A stretch of 64,000 bases of DNA from Waterburya sp. (GCA_965217895.1 CBDCJV010000002.1:3968001-4032000), one strand, 5' to 3'. Shown: positions 39,938-51,284, counted from the stretch's first letter. Notes: generated from the letters alone by a model not told the origin. Made by a program: numbers and translations.

Positions 39938-40050
39938 ATTTATGAATACAATCTCAACAATAGTATTTTTAATTTTTTCTTTGTTAATACTTTAAAAGAG
40001 ATCCTGCCCTTTATTTTGCTGATATAGGAAATACCAATCATTATTGCCAT

Positions 40051-40311
40051 TTATCCATACTTTAATTTGCAAACCAAAATTGAAAACGCCAGAATAAAAG
40101 TGACGAAATTGGCTAGAAACACAGGCAGATTTTGAGTATAAAAACCATAAATTACCCATAGCACAACTCCAAGACAAAAAGAAAGAAACATTGCCAGAGA
40201 GATGTCTTTAGTAGATTTAGTCTTCCAGGCGCGAACTGCCTGTGGCAAAAAAGAAATAGTAGTTAAAATACCTGCCAAAAGACCCACGTAAGTCATAAAG
40301 GGAAATTCCAT
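40051..40311 (-). CDS. SemiSWEET (PQ-loop) sugar transporter
   Basis: 86 aa, TTISFLPQ...KSTKDIS...LWVIYG...LAN. Confidence 0.9.
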   Translation of the reverse strand: MEFPFMTYVGLLAGILTTISFLPQAVRAWKTKSTKDISLAMFLSFCLGVVLWVIYGFYTQNLPVFLANFVTFILAFSILVCKLKYG

Positions 40312-40453
40312 AGAAAAATATTTTACTCTTCTCTTTAAATAAAGGTTTTCTTAATGATAATAAATAGTAAGGAGATTCCAGCATTTTATTGATAGTAGCT
40401 GCTACCAGCTACTATTCATCCTTCATCCTTTATATTTCAACCGCCATCTTAAG

Positions 40454-40469
40454 GTTCGGAAAACTACAC
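40454..40469 (+). promoter_or_regulatory. K-box-like element upstream of dnaK
   Basis: GTTCGG-AAAA-CTACAC versus consensus GTTCGG-NNAN-CCNNAC (one mismatch). Confidence 0.65.
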
Positions 40470-40654
40470 TACCTAAGACTTACGATTAACTTGCACTATG
40501 TATAGAGATAGATGTGATAACTGAGGCGAGAAAAGCAAGCCAATAAGATTCACAAATAATCTAATAGTCTAAATCTATAGCGCATTGTATATTATTGCAC
40601 TGCCTCAAAAAAAATTTTAGTTTTTGTTGTTAAATTCGGAGTATTGCTTAAAGT

Positions 40655-42589
40655 ATGGCAAAGGTTGTTGGTATTGACTTAGGAACTACTAACTCTTGTG
40701 TAGCAGTGATGGAAGGGGGAAAACCCACGGTTATCGCTAACGCGGAAGGTTTTAGAACTACTCCCTCAGTTGTCGCTTACGCAAAAAATGGCGATCTTTT
40801 AGTTGGTCAGATCGCAAAACGCCAGGCTGTGATGAACACTGGCAACACTTTTTATTCGGTTAAACGTTTTATTGGACGCAGATCCGATGAAGTAACTAAC
40901 GAAACCAAAGAGGTTGCTTACGAAGTAGTCAAAGATAGCAATGGTAATGTTAAGTTAAACTGTCCTGCACAAGATAAGCAGTTTGCACCAGAAGAAATTT
41001 CAGCTCAAGTATTACGCAAACTAGTTGAGGATGCTAGCAAGTATCTTGGAGAAAAGGTAACTCAGGCAGTTATTACCGTTCCTGCTTACTTCAATGATTC
41101 TCAGCGTCAGGCAACTAAAGACGCTGGTAAAATCGCTGGGGTAGAGGTATTGCGGATTATTAACGAACCTACCGCAGCCTCTTTGGCTTATGGTCTAGAT
41201 AAAAAAGATAATGAAACTATCCTCGTCTTTGACTTAGGTGGTGGTACATTTGACGTTTCGATTCTAGAAGTAGGAGACGGTGTATTTGAAGTTTTGGCTA
41301 CCGCTGGTGATACTCACCTAGGTGGTGATGACTTTGACAAAAAGATCGTTGATTATCTAGCAGGGGAATTTCAGAAAAACGAAGGTATTGACCTCCGTAA
41401 GGATAATCAAGCTTTACAGCGTCTAACTGAAGCAGCAGAGAAAGCCAAGATTGAACTTTCTAGCGCAACTCAAACTGATATTAACCTTCCTTTTATTACT
41501 GCGACTCAGGATGGTCCCAAGCACCTTGACGTTTCTTTAACTAGAGCTAAGTTTGAAGAGTTGTGTTCCGATCTAATTGATCGCTGTCGCATTCCTGTTG
41601 AGCAGGCTCTTAAAGATTCTAAACTAGCTAAAGAAGCCATTGACGAAATAGTAATGGTGGGGGGTTCGACTCGTATTCCAGCGATCGTTGATGTTACCAA
41701 ACGAGTTTTAAATAAAGATCCCAACCAAACTGTAAACCCCGATGAAGTAGTGGCAGTTGGTGCTGCTATTCAAGCTGGTGTCTTAGCTGGGGAAGTAAAA
41801 GATATCTTACTTCTAGACGTTACTCCTCTTTCTCTTGGTGTAGAAACCTTGGGTGGGGTAATGACCAAGATTATTCCTCGTAACACCACCATTCCTACCA
41901 AAAAATCAGAAACCTTCTCTACTGCCGTTGACGGTCAAACTAATGTAGAAATTCATGTTCTACAGGGTGAAAGAGAATTTGGTAAAGACAATAAGAGTTT
42001 GGGAACTTTCCGTTTAGATGGTATTCCTCCCGCACCTCGTGGCGTACCTCAAATTGAGGTTACTTTTGATATCGACGCTAACGGTATTTTAAACGTAACT
42101 GCCAAAGATAAAGGTACAGGTAAAGAGCAGTCTATCAGTATCACCGGTGCATCAACTCTTCCTGATGATGAAGTCGATCGCATGGTACAAGAAGCAGAGT
42201 CTAATGCTTCTGCTGACAAAGAACGTCGTGAAGCGATTGATCGCAAGAATCAGGCTGATTCCTTGGTCTATCAAGCAGAGAAACAGCTTACCGAACTAGG
42301 TGATAAAGTATCTGCTGATGACAAAACTAAGGCTGAAGGTTTAATTAAAGACCTTAAAGAAGCTGTAGCTTCAGAAGACGATGAGAAAATCAAAACTCTT
42401 CTGCCAGAACTACAGCAAACTCTCTATAGCATTGGTAGCAATATCTATCAGCAAGGTGAAGGCGCAGGCGCAGCAGATGCAGCAGGTGCAGCACCAGGGG
42501 AAGAACCTCCTGTAGATCAATCTGATGGCGGTGGTTCTAGCGATAGTGGCGATGATGTCATTGATGCTGAGTTTTCCGAAACTAAATAG
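40655..42589 (+). CDS. dnaK: Chaperone DnaK (DnaK2 type)
   Basis: [18 protein letters not shown]-terminal DDVIDAEF. Confidence 0.98.
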   Translation: MAKVVGIDLGTTNSCVAVMEGGKPTVIANAEGFRTTPSVVAYAKNGDLLVGQIAKRQAVMNTGNTFYSVKRFIGRRSDEVTNETKEVAYEVVKDSNGNVKLNCPAQDKQFAPEEISAQVLRKLVEDASKYLGEKVTQAVITVPAYFNDSQRQATKDAGKIAGVEVLRIINEPTAASLAYGLDKKDNETILVFDLGGGTFDVSILEVGDGVFEVLATAGDTHLGGDDFDKKIVDYLAGEFQKNEGIDLRKDNQALQRLTEAAEKAKIELSSATQTDINLPFITATQDGPKHLDVSLTRAKFEELCSDLIDRCRIPVEQALKDSKLAKEAIDEIVMVGGSTRIPAIVDVTKRVLNKDPNQTVNPDEVVAVGAAIQAGVLAGEVKDILLLDVTPLSLGVETLGGVMTKIIPRNTTIPTKKSETFSTAVDGQTNVEIHVLQGEREFGKDNKSLGTFRLDGIPPAPRGVPQIEVTFDIDANGILNVTAKDKGTGKEQSISITGASTLPDDEVDRMVQEAESNASADKERREAIDRKNQADSLVYQAEKQLTELGDKVSADDKTKAEGLIKDLKEAVASEDDEKIKTLLPELQQTLYSIGSNIYQQGEGAGAADAAGAAPGEEPPVDQSDGGGSSDSGDDVIDAEFSETK

Positions 42590-42627
42590 TCTAGATAGTT
42601 AAGTAATTAAACTTAGACTTTGAATTC

Positions 42628-42661
42628 AAAGAGACATACTTATTACGGTGTGTCTCTTTTT
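42628..42661 (+). terminator. dnaK intrinsic terminator
   Basis: AAAGAGACATAC / GTGTGTCTCTTT stem plus T tail. Confidence 0.8.
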
Positions 42662-42853
42662 GTTGGCGATAGTCCTATAGCGGATATCGAAGGTTTCAAA
42701 AGCATCGGTATGTATAGTGTTTATGTTCCTAGTTACTATGGAGCTAAATGCGATCGCGCTGATATAGTCTGTACGAATTTTGCTCAATTGCCCACCATAG
42801 TAATTAATGCTAGTAAATCTAAAGAAATAGATGAAATTAAGCAGGCTTATTAA
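42662..42853 (+). pseudogene. HAD-hydrolase C-terminal fragment
   Basis: VGDSPIADIEG..SIGM motif IV only; upstream of it is the dnaK terminator, with no DxD motif I. Confidence 0.6.
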
Positions 42854-43676
42854 ATACTAAAAAATGTTGTTCTGGCAAAAACTCTTTGGTTGTTTGCCAT
42901 TTTAACCCTACTGCTTTTAGTTCTTTTTTGACCTGCTTTTGAGTCATCTTATGAAGAGGCTTGATCATAATCATCGGGTTTTCTTTACGGTATTCGAGTA
43001 ACACGACTCTGCCTCCTGGTTTCAGTGCCTGATATATCCCTTCCATCATTTCTCTGGGATAGGCAAATTCATGATAAGCATCTACCATAAAAGCTAAATC
43101 AATGCTGGCTGGGGGTAAATTAGGATTGTCTTCTTTTCCTAAAATAGTCTCTACGTTAGCAATATTATTTTCTTGCTTGAGAAAGTTAACTGCATCTAAC
43201 ATTTCTGGCTGAATATCCACCGCATAAACCTTGCCCTCTGGCACTTTTTCAGCAATGCGAAAGCTAAAGTAGCCAGTCCCCGCGCCAATGTCTGCCACTA
43301 CATCATCAGGTTTTAACTCCAGCTTTTCTACGGTAGTATTTGGTTGTTCTTCTGTTTCTCTGCTTTCTCTTTCTAGCCACATCATCGCTTGATGTCCCAT
43401 TACCTGAGCAATTTCACGACCCATATAATATTTACCAATACCATCAGGGTTATGAATTGCTTTCTCTCGGTAGTAAGTTGGGGAATTATCTTGAGCTAAA
43501 GCAATAGGAGTGTAAATAAAGTTAGTTAGTAGAAGAGCGATCGCTATAAGCGCAATTGTCATTTTGTAGGCAAAAACTGCGCTACTGTAAAGTTTACTGA
43601 GATAAGCTTTTTTAATAATCACGATCTGAATTTTCAACAGTAAATACCTTAGTCTTTTAGTAGTCATACTAGCCAT
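42837..43676 (-). CDS. Class I SAM-dependent methyltransferase with N-terminal hydrophobic leader (true start probably downstream)
   Basis: YMGREIAQVMGH, VADIGAGTGY, VDAYHEF, LKPGG. Confidence 0.9.
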   Translation of the reverse strand: MASMTTKRLRYLLLKIQIVIIKKAYLSKLYSSAVFAYKMTIALIAIALLLTNFIYTPIALAQDNSPTYYREKAIHNPDGIGKYYMGREIAQVMGHQAMMWLERESRETEEQPNTTVEKLELKPDDVVADIGAGTGYFSFRIAEKVPEGKVYAVDIQPEMLDAVNFLKQENNIANVETILGKEDNPNLPPASIDLAFMVDAYHEFAYPREMMEGIYQALKPGGRVVLLEYRKENPMIMIKPLHKMTQKQVKKELKAVGLKWQTTKEFLPEQHFLVFNKPA

Positions 43677-44153
43677 AAACAGTTTGTAAATAATTCATTT
43701 CAAAAACTCAACTCCCGAACAATGGAAAATCTAGCTAACTGAAAAATAAATTTTTCTTACTTCAAGAAGTTTAAAAAGCGATGACCCCGCACACTTCATC
43801 GCTCAAAAGCATCCTTTCCCTTAAATGATGGCACTTTCTAATATTTAACATCAAACATCAGTTAAATAACTGTGTTATATTACTTAAGAAAAATATTTAC
43901 CATTAGATGATATTACTTTGAAAATTTATTAGTGATTTGCTAATCAACTCAAATCATTAGAATCAAAAGAATACATTTAATGTCTACTGTTATATTTTGA
44001 TATAGACAAGGCGACTTACTGTTAAGTTAACTGTATTGAGATAGGATCGAGCAGGCTTTGCTAAAAAATACTGCTGATGTCTATTTGGATCGGCAAACTG
44101 CAACGTAGACACCTCGCTACCTTACAACTATCACTTTAATTTACAACTAATCT

Positions 44154-45557
44154 ATGAATACACAAGTTATTACCAAGGAAAAGACGAACAAACAAGACTA
44201 TAAAGTAGCGGACATTACTCTGGCAGAATGGGGACGTAAAGAAATATCTATTGCTGAAGGTGAAATGCCAGCTTTAATGACAATTCGCGCTAAATATAGC
44301 CAAAGTAAGCCTTTACAGGGTGCGAAAATCATTGGCTGTATTCATATGACAATTCAAACAGCGGTTTTGATTGAAACCCTGATCGAATTGGGCGCAGAAG
44401 TTCGTTGGTCTTCTTGTAATATCTTTTCTACCCAAGACCATGCTGCAGCAGCGATCGCTGCTGCGGGCATTCCTGTATACGCCTGGAAAGGCGAGACAGA
44501 AGAAGAATATATCTGGTGTATTGAACAAACTTGCCACAGCGCAGAAGGCGATCTTTGGGATGCCAACATGATTTTAGATGACGGAGGGGATCTTACTGGT
44601 CACATTCACCAAAAGTATCCTCAGATGTTGAACAGCATTCATGGTGTTACTGAAGAAACCACCACAGGAGTTCATCGTCTTTGGGAAATGCTGGAAAATG
44701 GCGAATTGAAGATTCCTGCAATCAACGTCAATGATGCAGTAACAAAAACTAAAAACGATAACAAATATGGTTGTCGTCATAGCTTAAATGATGCCATCAA
44801 ACGCGGTCTAGATCACTTAATGGCTGGTAAAAAAGCTTTGGTCATTGGCTATGGTGATGTTGGTAAAGGTTCTGTTGCTTCTTTACAACAAGAAGGCATG
44901 ATTGTTAAAGTTGCCGAAGTAGATCCGATTTGCGCTATGCAAGCCTGTATGGATGGCTATGAATTAGTATCTCCTTTTATTGATGGCAAAAACGATGGCA
45001 CGATCGACAGCATCAACAAAGAGTTACTAGGTTCTCTAGACATGGTTGTTACCGCAACTGGTAACTATAATGTTTGTAATGCTCATATGTTGTCCTGCTT
45101 AAAACCAGGCGCAGTAGTTTGTAACATTGGTCACTTCGACAACGAAATCGATACTGCTTTTATGCGTAAAGAATGGCGTTGGGAAGAAGTTAAACCCCAA
45201 GTTCACCAAGTTTATCGCAGTAACGATCCTCAAGACTTCTTGCTTCTATTGTCTGAGGGACGTTTAGTTAACCTAGGTAATGCTACAGGACATCCTTCGA
45301 GAATTATGGATGGTTCTTTTGCGAACCAGGTATTAGCGCAAATGTTCTTATACGAACGCAAGTTTGCCGATAAATCGACCGCCGAACAAGCAAATGCGAT
45401 TACAGTAGAAGTTCTACCTAAGCATTTAGACGAGGAAGTAGCCCGTTACATGGTTGCAGGGTTTGACGGTGTGATTACTCAATTAACTGAAGAACAAGCT
45501 AAGTACATTAAAGTACCTGTAAATGGCCCATTTAAAACAGACAGCTACAAATACTAA
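44154..45557 (+). CDS. ahcY: Adenosylhomocysteinase (Pseudomonas-like form)
   Basis: [44 protein letters not shown]. Confidence 0.97.
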   Translation: MNTQVITKEKTNKQDYKVADITLAEWGRKEISIAEGEMPALMTIRAKYSQSKPLQGAKIIGCIHMTIQTAVLIETLIELGAEVRWSSCNIFSTQDHAAAAIAAAGIPVYAWKGETEEEYIWCIEQTCHSAEGDLWDANMILDDGGDLTGHIHQKYPQMLNSIHGVTEETTTGVHRLWEMLENGELKIPAINVNDAVTKTKNDNKYGCRHSLNDAIKRGLDHLMAGKKALVIGYGDVGKGSVASLQQEGMIVKVAEVDPICAMQACMDGYELVSPFIDGKNDGTIDSINKELLGSLDMVVTATGNYNVCNAHMLSCLKPGAVVCNIGHFDNEIDTAFMRKEWRWEEVKPQVHQVYRSNDPQDFLLLLSEGRLVNLGNATGHPSRIMDGSFANQVLAQMFLYERKFADKSTAEQANAITVEVLPKHLDEEVARYMVAGFDGVITQLTEEQAKYIKVPVNGPFKTDSYKY

Positions 45558-45577
45558 AGGTACTGATTGGTAATTTT

Positions 45578-45609
45578 AAAAAAAGGTGGGTTAGACTCAC
45601 CTTTTTTTT
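45578..45609 (+). terminator. ahcY intrinsic terminator
   Basis: A7-GGTGGG-TTAGA-CTCACC-T8. Confidence 0.8.
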
Positions 45610-45659
45610 GTTCTTTTCGATTAGTATTTGAAGTTAGTTTTGATTTAATCTAAAAATTC

Positions 45660-46241
45660 ATGCTTAGAAAAGCCTATCAATGGGTTATTGGTTGGAGTGA
45701 AACGCCCTATGGAAGTTGGGCGTTATTTTTATTGGCTTTTGCCGAATCTTCTTGTTTTCCCATTCCTCCAGATGTATTGCTAATAGCCTTGGCTGTGGGG
45801 CAGCCTGTGGCAGCTTTTCAGTTTTCTTTGATTTGTAGTCTTGGTTCAATTTTAGGCGGTTTGGTTGGCTATGGTATTGGTTTTTTTGCCTTTGAAGCTG
45901 TTGGGCAACCAATCTTAAATCTTTACGATCCAGACTTGGCAGTCTTCAATAAAATTCAAGGACTGTATAATACTTGGGGTTTTTGGGGAGTATTGGCAGC
46001 AGCGATAACGCCAATTCCTTATAAAGTATTTACTATTGCTTCTGAGGTATTTAAATTTAATTTCTGGCAATTTATTTTAGCTTCAATTATCGGGCGTAGC
46101 TTTCGCTTTTTTCTGGTAGGTGGCTTGATTTTTTGGGGTGGAGAACCTTTGAAAGATTGGATTGAAAAATACTTCGATTGGGTAGCTTGGGGATTTTTAG
46201 CGGTGCTAGCCCTGGGGTTTGTCTTACTTAAGTTTTTATAG
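45660..46241 (+). CDS. YqaA/DedA (VTT) family membrane protein
   Basis: FAESSCFPIPPDVLL, TPIPYKVFTI, IGRSFRFF. Confidence 0.9.
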   Translation: MLRKAYQWVIGWSETPYGSWALFLLAFAESSCFPIPPDVLLIALAVGQPVAAFQFSLICSLGSILGGLVGYGIGFFAFEAVGQPILNLYDPDLAVFNKIQGLYNTWGFWGVLAAAITPIPYKVFTIASEVFKFNFWQFILASIIGRSFRFFLVGGLIFWGGEPLKDWIEKYFDWVAWGFLAVLALGFVLLKFL

Positions 46242-46303
46242 TTACTACTAGTTTGATAATAGTATTATCTAAGCAATCGTATTTATCTAAAGTGTGGGAG
46301 TCA

Positions 46304-46927
46304 ATGGCTAAACTTTCTGTAGAATTAAATCGCTACTTTTTTGAAGAAGCAAGGGATGAAAAGGTAACTTTATCTGATATTTTAACTTTGGCAGGAGAAA
46401 GAATATTTGGGTTTTTGTTTGTAGTTTTGGCTTTACCTTCGGCTCTGCCAATTCCTGCCCCTGGATACTCGATTCCTTTCGGCATTGCGATGTTTTTCTT
46501 AGCTGTACAGTTAATTATCGGACGCGATCGCCCTTGGCTACCTGCAAAAATCTTAAATGGCTCAATGTCTCTCAAGAGCGTTCAAGGATTTGTCAAAAAA
46601 GGAATTCCTTGGCTACAAAAAATTGAAGCTATAACTAAGCCTCGTTTTAGTTCTCTTTGTACTAGTTTGCCTGGTAGAGTAATTCTAGGTATAGCGATCG
46701 CCCTAATGTCTATTTCGATGATGATTCCTATTCCTGGGACAAATACCTTACCAGCGATGGGTATTTTTGTAACTGGTTTTGGCTTAGTAGAAGACGATGG
46801 TGCGATCGGCTTATTAGGTTTAATTATCTGTGCTGTAGCAGGGGCTATTTCTACTTCAATCATCATTGCTGTTATCTGGGGTGGCTCTAGTCTAATTGAC
46901 GTTATTAAAGAGCAATTGAGCAGATAA
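46304..46927 (+). CDS. ExoD-family exopolysaccharide synthesis protein
   Basis: LALPSALPIP, PWLP, PIPGTNTLPA, EDDG; start at MAKLS. Confidence 0.88.
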   Translation: MAKLSVELNRYFFEEARDEKVTLSDILTLAGERIFGFLFVVLALPSALPIPAPGYSIPFGIAMFFLAVQLIIGRDRPWLPAKILNGSMSLKSVQGFVKKGIPWLQKIEAITKPRFSSLCTSLPGRVILGIAIALMSISMMIPIPGTNTLPAMGIFVTGFGLVEDDGAIGLLGLIICAVAGAISTSIIIAVIWGGSSLIDVIKEQLSR

Positions 46928-46991
46928 ACGGCTGCGCCGTAGTTATGAGTTTGGGATTATTAGTTGTTATAAACTAAAGACTAACGACAAC

Positions 46992-47307
46992 AAAAAAAGC
47001 ACCGTCTAAAATAAAGACAGTGCTGTAAAAATTATCGATCATGCCGAGCATGATTATCGTGAAGGAAAAGAATTCATTGAAGCAAAATATTTCATCTCTC
47101 TTTTTCTTTTCCCGATTGAATTGTGATAGCTTCAAAATACAAGCAGAGCTAGAACCTTGCTTAACACTCGCTGTTAACAGCTAGGTCATAGATTGTTACC
47201 AATGCCAGTATGAGAGAAAGGGACAATATTTCCATATAAAGCCAAACTTTTCTCTACGTTCAAATTGCTTATCAAATCACAGCTTTCAACAGCCATACGA
47301 TTGATTA
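46992..47307 (-). ncRNA. PsrR1 (SyR1)-like small RNA, apparently extended
   Basis: Minus strand ATGGAAA...TTTCTCTCATAC, then ATGCTCGGCATGATCGATAA and terminator AGCACTGTCT...AGACGGTGCT-T6; TATAAT at 47319-47314; assignment from recalled motifs. Confidence 0.55.
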
Positions 47308-47444
47308 GCTAATATTATACTAAGCTGTTTTAGGAAACCTTGTCAAATGTATTAATGCTGAAATGTTTAATTTGGATGGGTTACGGCGAAGACAGCATTA
47401 GATTTTTGGTCAATAAACAGTATCTGAAATCTTTTTTTAAAAGC

Positions 47445-48287
47445 TTAAGGCTTGGAGCTACGAACAGTACTATTATCGGTTTCATAGTTGAAATCAGCAA
47501 CGTCTAAATTTGCTTTTTTGGTAATTGCAGAAACTTCTGGTTCACCTATGGCTTCAGGCACATCAAATAATACCGAAGTCATATAATTTTCTGCCCATTC
47601 CTCGCCAAAAGCTTTTTCTAGAACACGACGAGTTTTATCGTTTTGCTGTTGCTTAGTGCAGTAATACTTTTGTCCAGCTAAATATAGTTCTTGTTGGGGA
47701 GAAGATACAGAATTAGACTTTACCGACTGTTTGCAGTGTATACGCAGATAGCTAGAGGCTAAATCCAAAAACTCTTGTTCTTCTTCAGCATTGTGTGGGC
47801 GAACAAACAGACAAAAATCGGAGAAAATATCAGCCCAAGGAGGTAATTCTCTTGCTTCGGTAAATTCAAATTTTGGTAGTGCCAAAAGAGACTTAGTATA
47901 GCCAACAGATAAAGTTTTTTCGGGGCTAGTGGGAGACAAATCGGCGATCGCGGCACTAATTCCTCCTCTACCTGCCACAATATCACAGCCAAAAATCGGT
48001 AGAGGATATTCAGGACGAGGGAACATTACACAATGGAGAATATCTAGATTTTTGCCAACCTTGGCTAATTCCAGGTGCATTTTGCGAAATTGAGGCGTTT
48101 GATAACAGCGATTTTCAATCCGTAGTCTTTCTCCTTCTAATTTACCTTCTACGTATCCTAATCCTTCAGGCAAAGCATAAACTGATAAATCTAAATACTT
48201 TTGCCAAGAATTTATAATTCGTTCAGCAAGTCGATGGATTAAAGGATGTTGTTCTTGACGCAGTGAAGGTTGAGAAGTTTCTAACAT
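47445..48287 (-). CDS. pcyA: Phycocyanobilin:ferredoxin oxidoreductase
   Basis: [41 protein letters not shown]. Confidence 0.95.
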   Translation of the reverse strand: MLETSQPSLRQEQHPLIHRLAERIINSWQKYLDLSVYALPEGLGYVEGKLEGERLRIENRCYQTPQFRKMHLELAKVGKNLDILHCVMFPRPEYPLPIFGCDIVAGRGGISAAIADLSPTSPEKTLSVGYTKSLLALPKFEFTEARELPPWADIFSDFCLFVRPHNAEEEQEFLDLASSYLRIHCKQSVKSNSVSSPQQELYLAGQKYYCTKQQQNDKTRRVLEKAFGEEWAENYMTSVLFDVPEAIGEPEVSAITKKANLDVADFNYETDNSTVRSSKP

Positions 48288-48426
48288 TACGATTATAAAA
48301 AAGCTCGATCTAGGCAAATAAATATTAGCAGCCACAGATGTCTATAAAATTAACGATATACTGAGACTGACTTGATAGATATATTTAGCTATTAATCGTA
48401 ATAGATTTTAGTGCAGGAGATTAATT

Positions 48427-48600
48427 ATGTTTGGTTTAGGTGTACCTGAAGTAGCTGTAATTGGTCTAGTAGCGATTCTAATTTTTGGTCCCAAGAAAAT
48501 TCCTGAAATCGGCAGCGCACTAGGGAAAACAATTCGCGGTTTTAAAGAGGAAATGGACAATCCTCAATTAGAAGAGGGTGAAGAAAAAGAACAAGAATAA
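48427..48600 (+). CDS. tatA: Twin-arginine translocase TatA/TatE subunit, 57 aa
   Basis: Hand-translated MFGLGVPEVAVIGLVAILIFGPKKIPEIGSALGKTIRGFKEEM...; GGAG RBS; below ORF-track cut-off. Confidence 0.92.
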   Translation: MFGLGVPEVAVIGLVAILIFGPKKIPEIGSALGKTIRGFKEEMDNPQLEEGEEKEQE

Positions 48601-48667
48601 AACTTTAGCTAAGAAATACTTTCAGAGGATTTTGATTTTTAAAAATATAACGTTGGGGATTCTTGAT

Positions 48668-49723
48668 TTAAATTAGGCTAGTAAACCAAGCCTCAAAGCG
48701 ATCGCCTAATGCTTTTAAGGAATATTCTGCTTCTGCCTGTTTACGGCACAGTTGGCGGTCAATCTGTCCGATTTTATTGATTGCTGTTACTAGTCCCGTA
48801 ACCCTATCTGGCTCGACTAAAAAGCCTGTTTGACCGTGTTTAACTATTTCCCCAGGCCCTCCACGACGATAGGCGACAACTGGGACTCCGCAGGCAAGAG
48901 CTTCAATGGCAACATTGCCAAAGGCTTCAATCCAGCGTGGTGTCATTAGTAAAGCCAGACATTTGCCCAATTCTTGCTGTAGTTTCTCTGTAGCTAAAAA
49001 CCCTTGATACTCTATGGGCGCATTCGGAAATTTAGTTAAAATTTCTTGCCAGTATTCCTGGTTTTCTATTCTGCCAAATATTTTTAAAGGAATGCCCGTA
49101 ATATTTACTGCTTCTACTGCATCTTCTAAGGCTTTTTCGGGGGCAATACGTCCCAACCAGGCTAAACTAGCTTGGGGATTAGGATTAAACTGATACAAAG
49201 ATAAATCAACGGCACTGCCAAGGATCTTACATTCCTGCGCAAAAGGAAAAGTATCCGCCTGAGATTGAGTGTATACGCCAAAAGTACCAGGATACTGCTT
49301 AATTATCTGCTGCATAATGCGATCGCTTGCCTTCGTCATTGACCCCATACTTATAAAATGAGCAATAGGAGTCTCAAAAAAGGGGGTCAAATAAAAGGGT
49401 AGCCAATCAAAAGCAAAATTTACTAGCAAATCATACTGATGCTGCACTTGACGGGCATATGACCACATATTCGCCAATACCGAATTATCTGGCAAACAAA
49501 CTGGATCATCTCGGCTTTGAGTTTGTACGGGAATCTGTAGATTTCCTTTGATAGTGGTAACAGGAATATCAGTTAACCAAGAACCACCAGGAGCAATGAC
49601 TTCTAACTTATGTCCTCGACGACGCAATTCTTGAGCCAAGTTTTGCACAGTTAATTCTACTCCTCCTCCTTGTCCTGAACCTAACGAACCAACCGAAGTA
49701 GATAAAAATAAAATTTTAAGCAT
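48668..49723 (-). CDS. GT4-family glycosyltransferase
   Basis: GGGVE, LGRIAPEK, EAFGNVAIEALACGVPV. Confidence 0.9.
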   Translation of the reverse strand: MLKILFLSTSVGSLGSGQGGGVELTVQNLAQELRRRGHKLEVIAPGGSWLTDIPVTTIKGNLQIPVQTQSRDDPVCLPDNSVLANMWSYARQVQHQYDLLVNFAFDWLPFYLTPFFETPIAHFISMGSMTKASDRIMQQIIKQYPGTFGVYTQSQADTFPFAQECKILGSAVDLSLYQFNPNPQASLAWLGRIAPEKALEDAVEAVNITGIPLKIFGRIENQEYWQEILTKFPNAPIEYQGFLATEKLQQELGKCLALLMTPRWIEAFGNVAIEALACGVPVVAYRRGGPGEIVKHGQTGFLVEPDRVTGLVTAINKIGQIDRQLCRKQAEAEYSLKALGDRFEAWFTSLI

Positions 49724-49804
49724 TGCATTATATTTAAGATTGTTTATACAAAACGAGATTGCATATTATTTAATATGAAATACTCAAAAGCCTACCACTA
49801 ACTA

Positions 49805-51010
49805 CTAACTATGGTTTGATGTGCCGTTACTAGAAGCAATACCATGATTGTTATTTTCATTATTGATGTAGTTTTGAGTAGTTGTAGAAGACACTGAATT
49901 AATTCTTTTTAAAGCCCACTTAGCTGTTTGGCGTACTTCGAGATCCGAGTCATTTAGCATATTTGTTAGGCGTTTATTTACTCCTAATGTAGATTCATGT
50001 AAAGCAACTAAATCACGAATAGCATCTTTTCTCACTTCCGAATTTTTATCTTCTAAAGAAGTAAACAAAACATCATTAACTGGTGCAAAACTACGATGAG
50101 CAATCTGAGTAATCGCGTTTAAAATCAAGCTTTTGCCCAAAGAACTTGCTTCTGACATAATTTCTACTAAAGGTTCTATTGCTCTAGAATCACCTTTTTG
50201 AGCTAATTCCCAGATTGCCTTGCGTCTTAAAGTGCGATCGCTTTGTTGCAAATCTTTAATTAGTTCAAACACTATGTCAATTTCAGTAGTATTGGCAGCA
50301 ACAATCTTTACCATCCCAGGAGTATCAGAATCTAACTCTACCGAGTCTTTGTTTTTAGCTAATTCTTGGCTAGGCTGGATAGTATCTCGATTAAAAGCAA
50401 TTTTCTGGTTTTCACTTACTTTTAATGGTTTTTCTAACGCTTTACCATTGGGTGATTCTTGAGCAAGATTGATTTTAGTCGAGGATAGTAGTGTGATTGC
50501 AGCCAATTCCGAATCATCCACTACATCGTGACTATTTTCGATCTTATTTGAGCGATCCAAGCCATCTTGCTTATTCAAAGAAGTTACTTTGGCAAGAGTA
50601 TTTTTCGGTTCTGGTTTAAATAAAAACCACAGTAGTATTAAGAAAACTGTTGAAGTGACTCCTATTCCCACCACGGCTAAACGCCGATCAATTTTTGCTG
50701 AAGGGTTTTGAACGGCTTGAACAACCGTAAGTGTAGGCTTTGTGCTTGAAAGATATGGTGCTTTTTGCTTATTTGATATCAGATCGGCTTGACCATATTT
50801 AGTTATCCATTCCTCGTCTTGCAGATGAACAACTCGCGCCTTTAAAGTCTCATCTTGAGCGTGAATCTGATTAGCACTAGAAAAAACTATTCCCCCCTCA
50901 GTAACAAAATTAAGCTTGAGATCTTTTGATTCTGTCGAGCCACCAGGGCTAGCAACTAAACTCGATAAGACAATCCAAGCAAAGACAAAAATAGAACGTT
51001 CATAAATCAT
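49805..51010 (-). CDS. Membrane-anchored HEAT-repeat protein
   Basis: TM segment VVGIGVTSTVFLILLWFLF; RRKAIWELAQKGDSRAIEPL HEAT units. Confidence 0.75.
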   Translation of the reverse strand: MIYERSIFVFAWIVLSSLVASPGGSTESKDLKLNFVTEGGIVFSSANQIHAQDETLKARVVHLQDEEWITKYGQADLISNKQKAPYLSSTKPTLTVVQAVQNPSAKIDRRLAVVGIGVTSTVFLILLWFLFKPEPKNTLAKVTSLNKQDGLDRSNKIENSHDVVDDSELAAITLLSSTKINLAQESPNGKALEKPLKVSENQKIAFNRDTIQPSQELAKNKDSVELDSDTPGMVKIVAANTTEIDIVFELIKDLQQSDRTLRRKAIWELAQKGDSRAIEPLVEIMSEASSLGKSLILNAITQIAHRSFAPVNDVLFTSLEDKNSEVRKDAIRDLVALHESTLGVNKRLTNMLNDSDLEVRQTAKWALKRINSVSSTTTQNYINNENNNHGIASSNGTSNHS

Positions 51011-51284
51011 AAAAATTGGTTAGTAACATAGTTACTCAGGAGATCTCAGCGTCTGAAAAATACAGCCTGTAATGATACCAAAAAGTTAGTTAAATTAATA
51101 TAGTGATGAAAAATAATATATCAAATCGTAAACGATATCTAACTTGCTACTTATTACTTAAGCGAAGCGGTACTAGCCTAGCATTAATATAATTCTAACT
51201 TGTACAGTATGAGATAGGGAATGATTCACATCATGTTGGAATAACCAACAAGCATACATAGGAAATATCTAAATACAAATACTA

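Noticed and set aside
43980..44153. Possible SAH riboswitch upstream of ahcY
   Set aside because: Could not find the GAGGAGCG...AGGCTC...CGCTC core; a cmsearch would settle it
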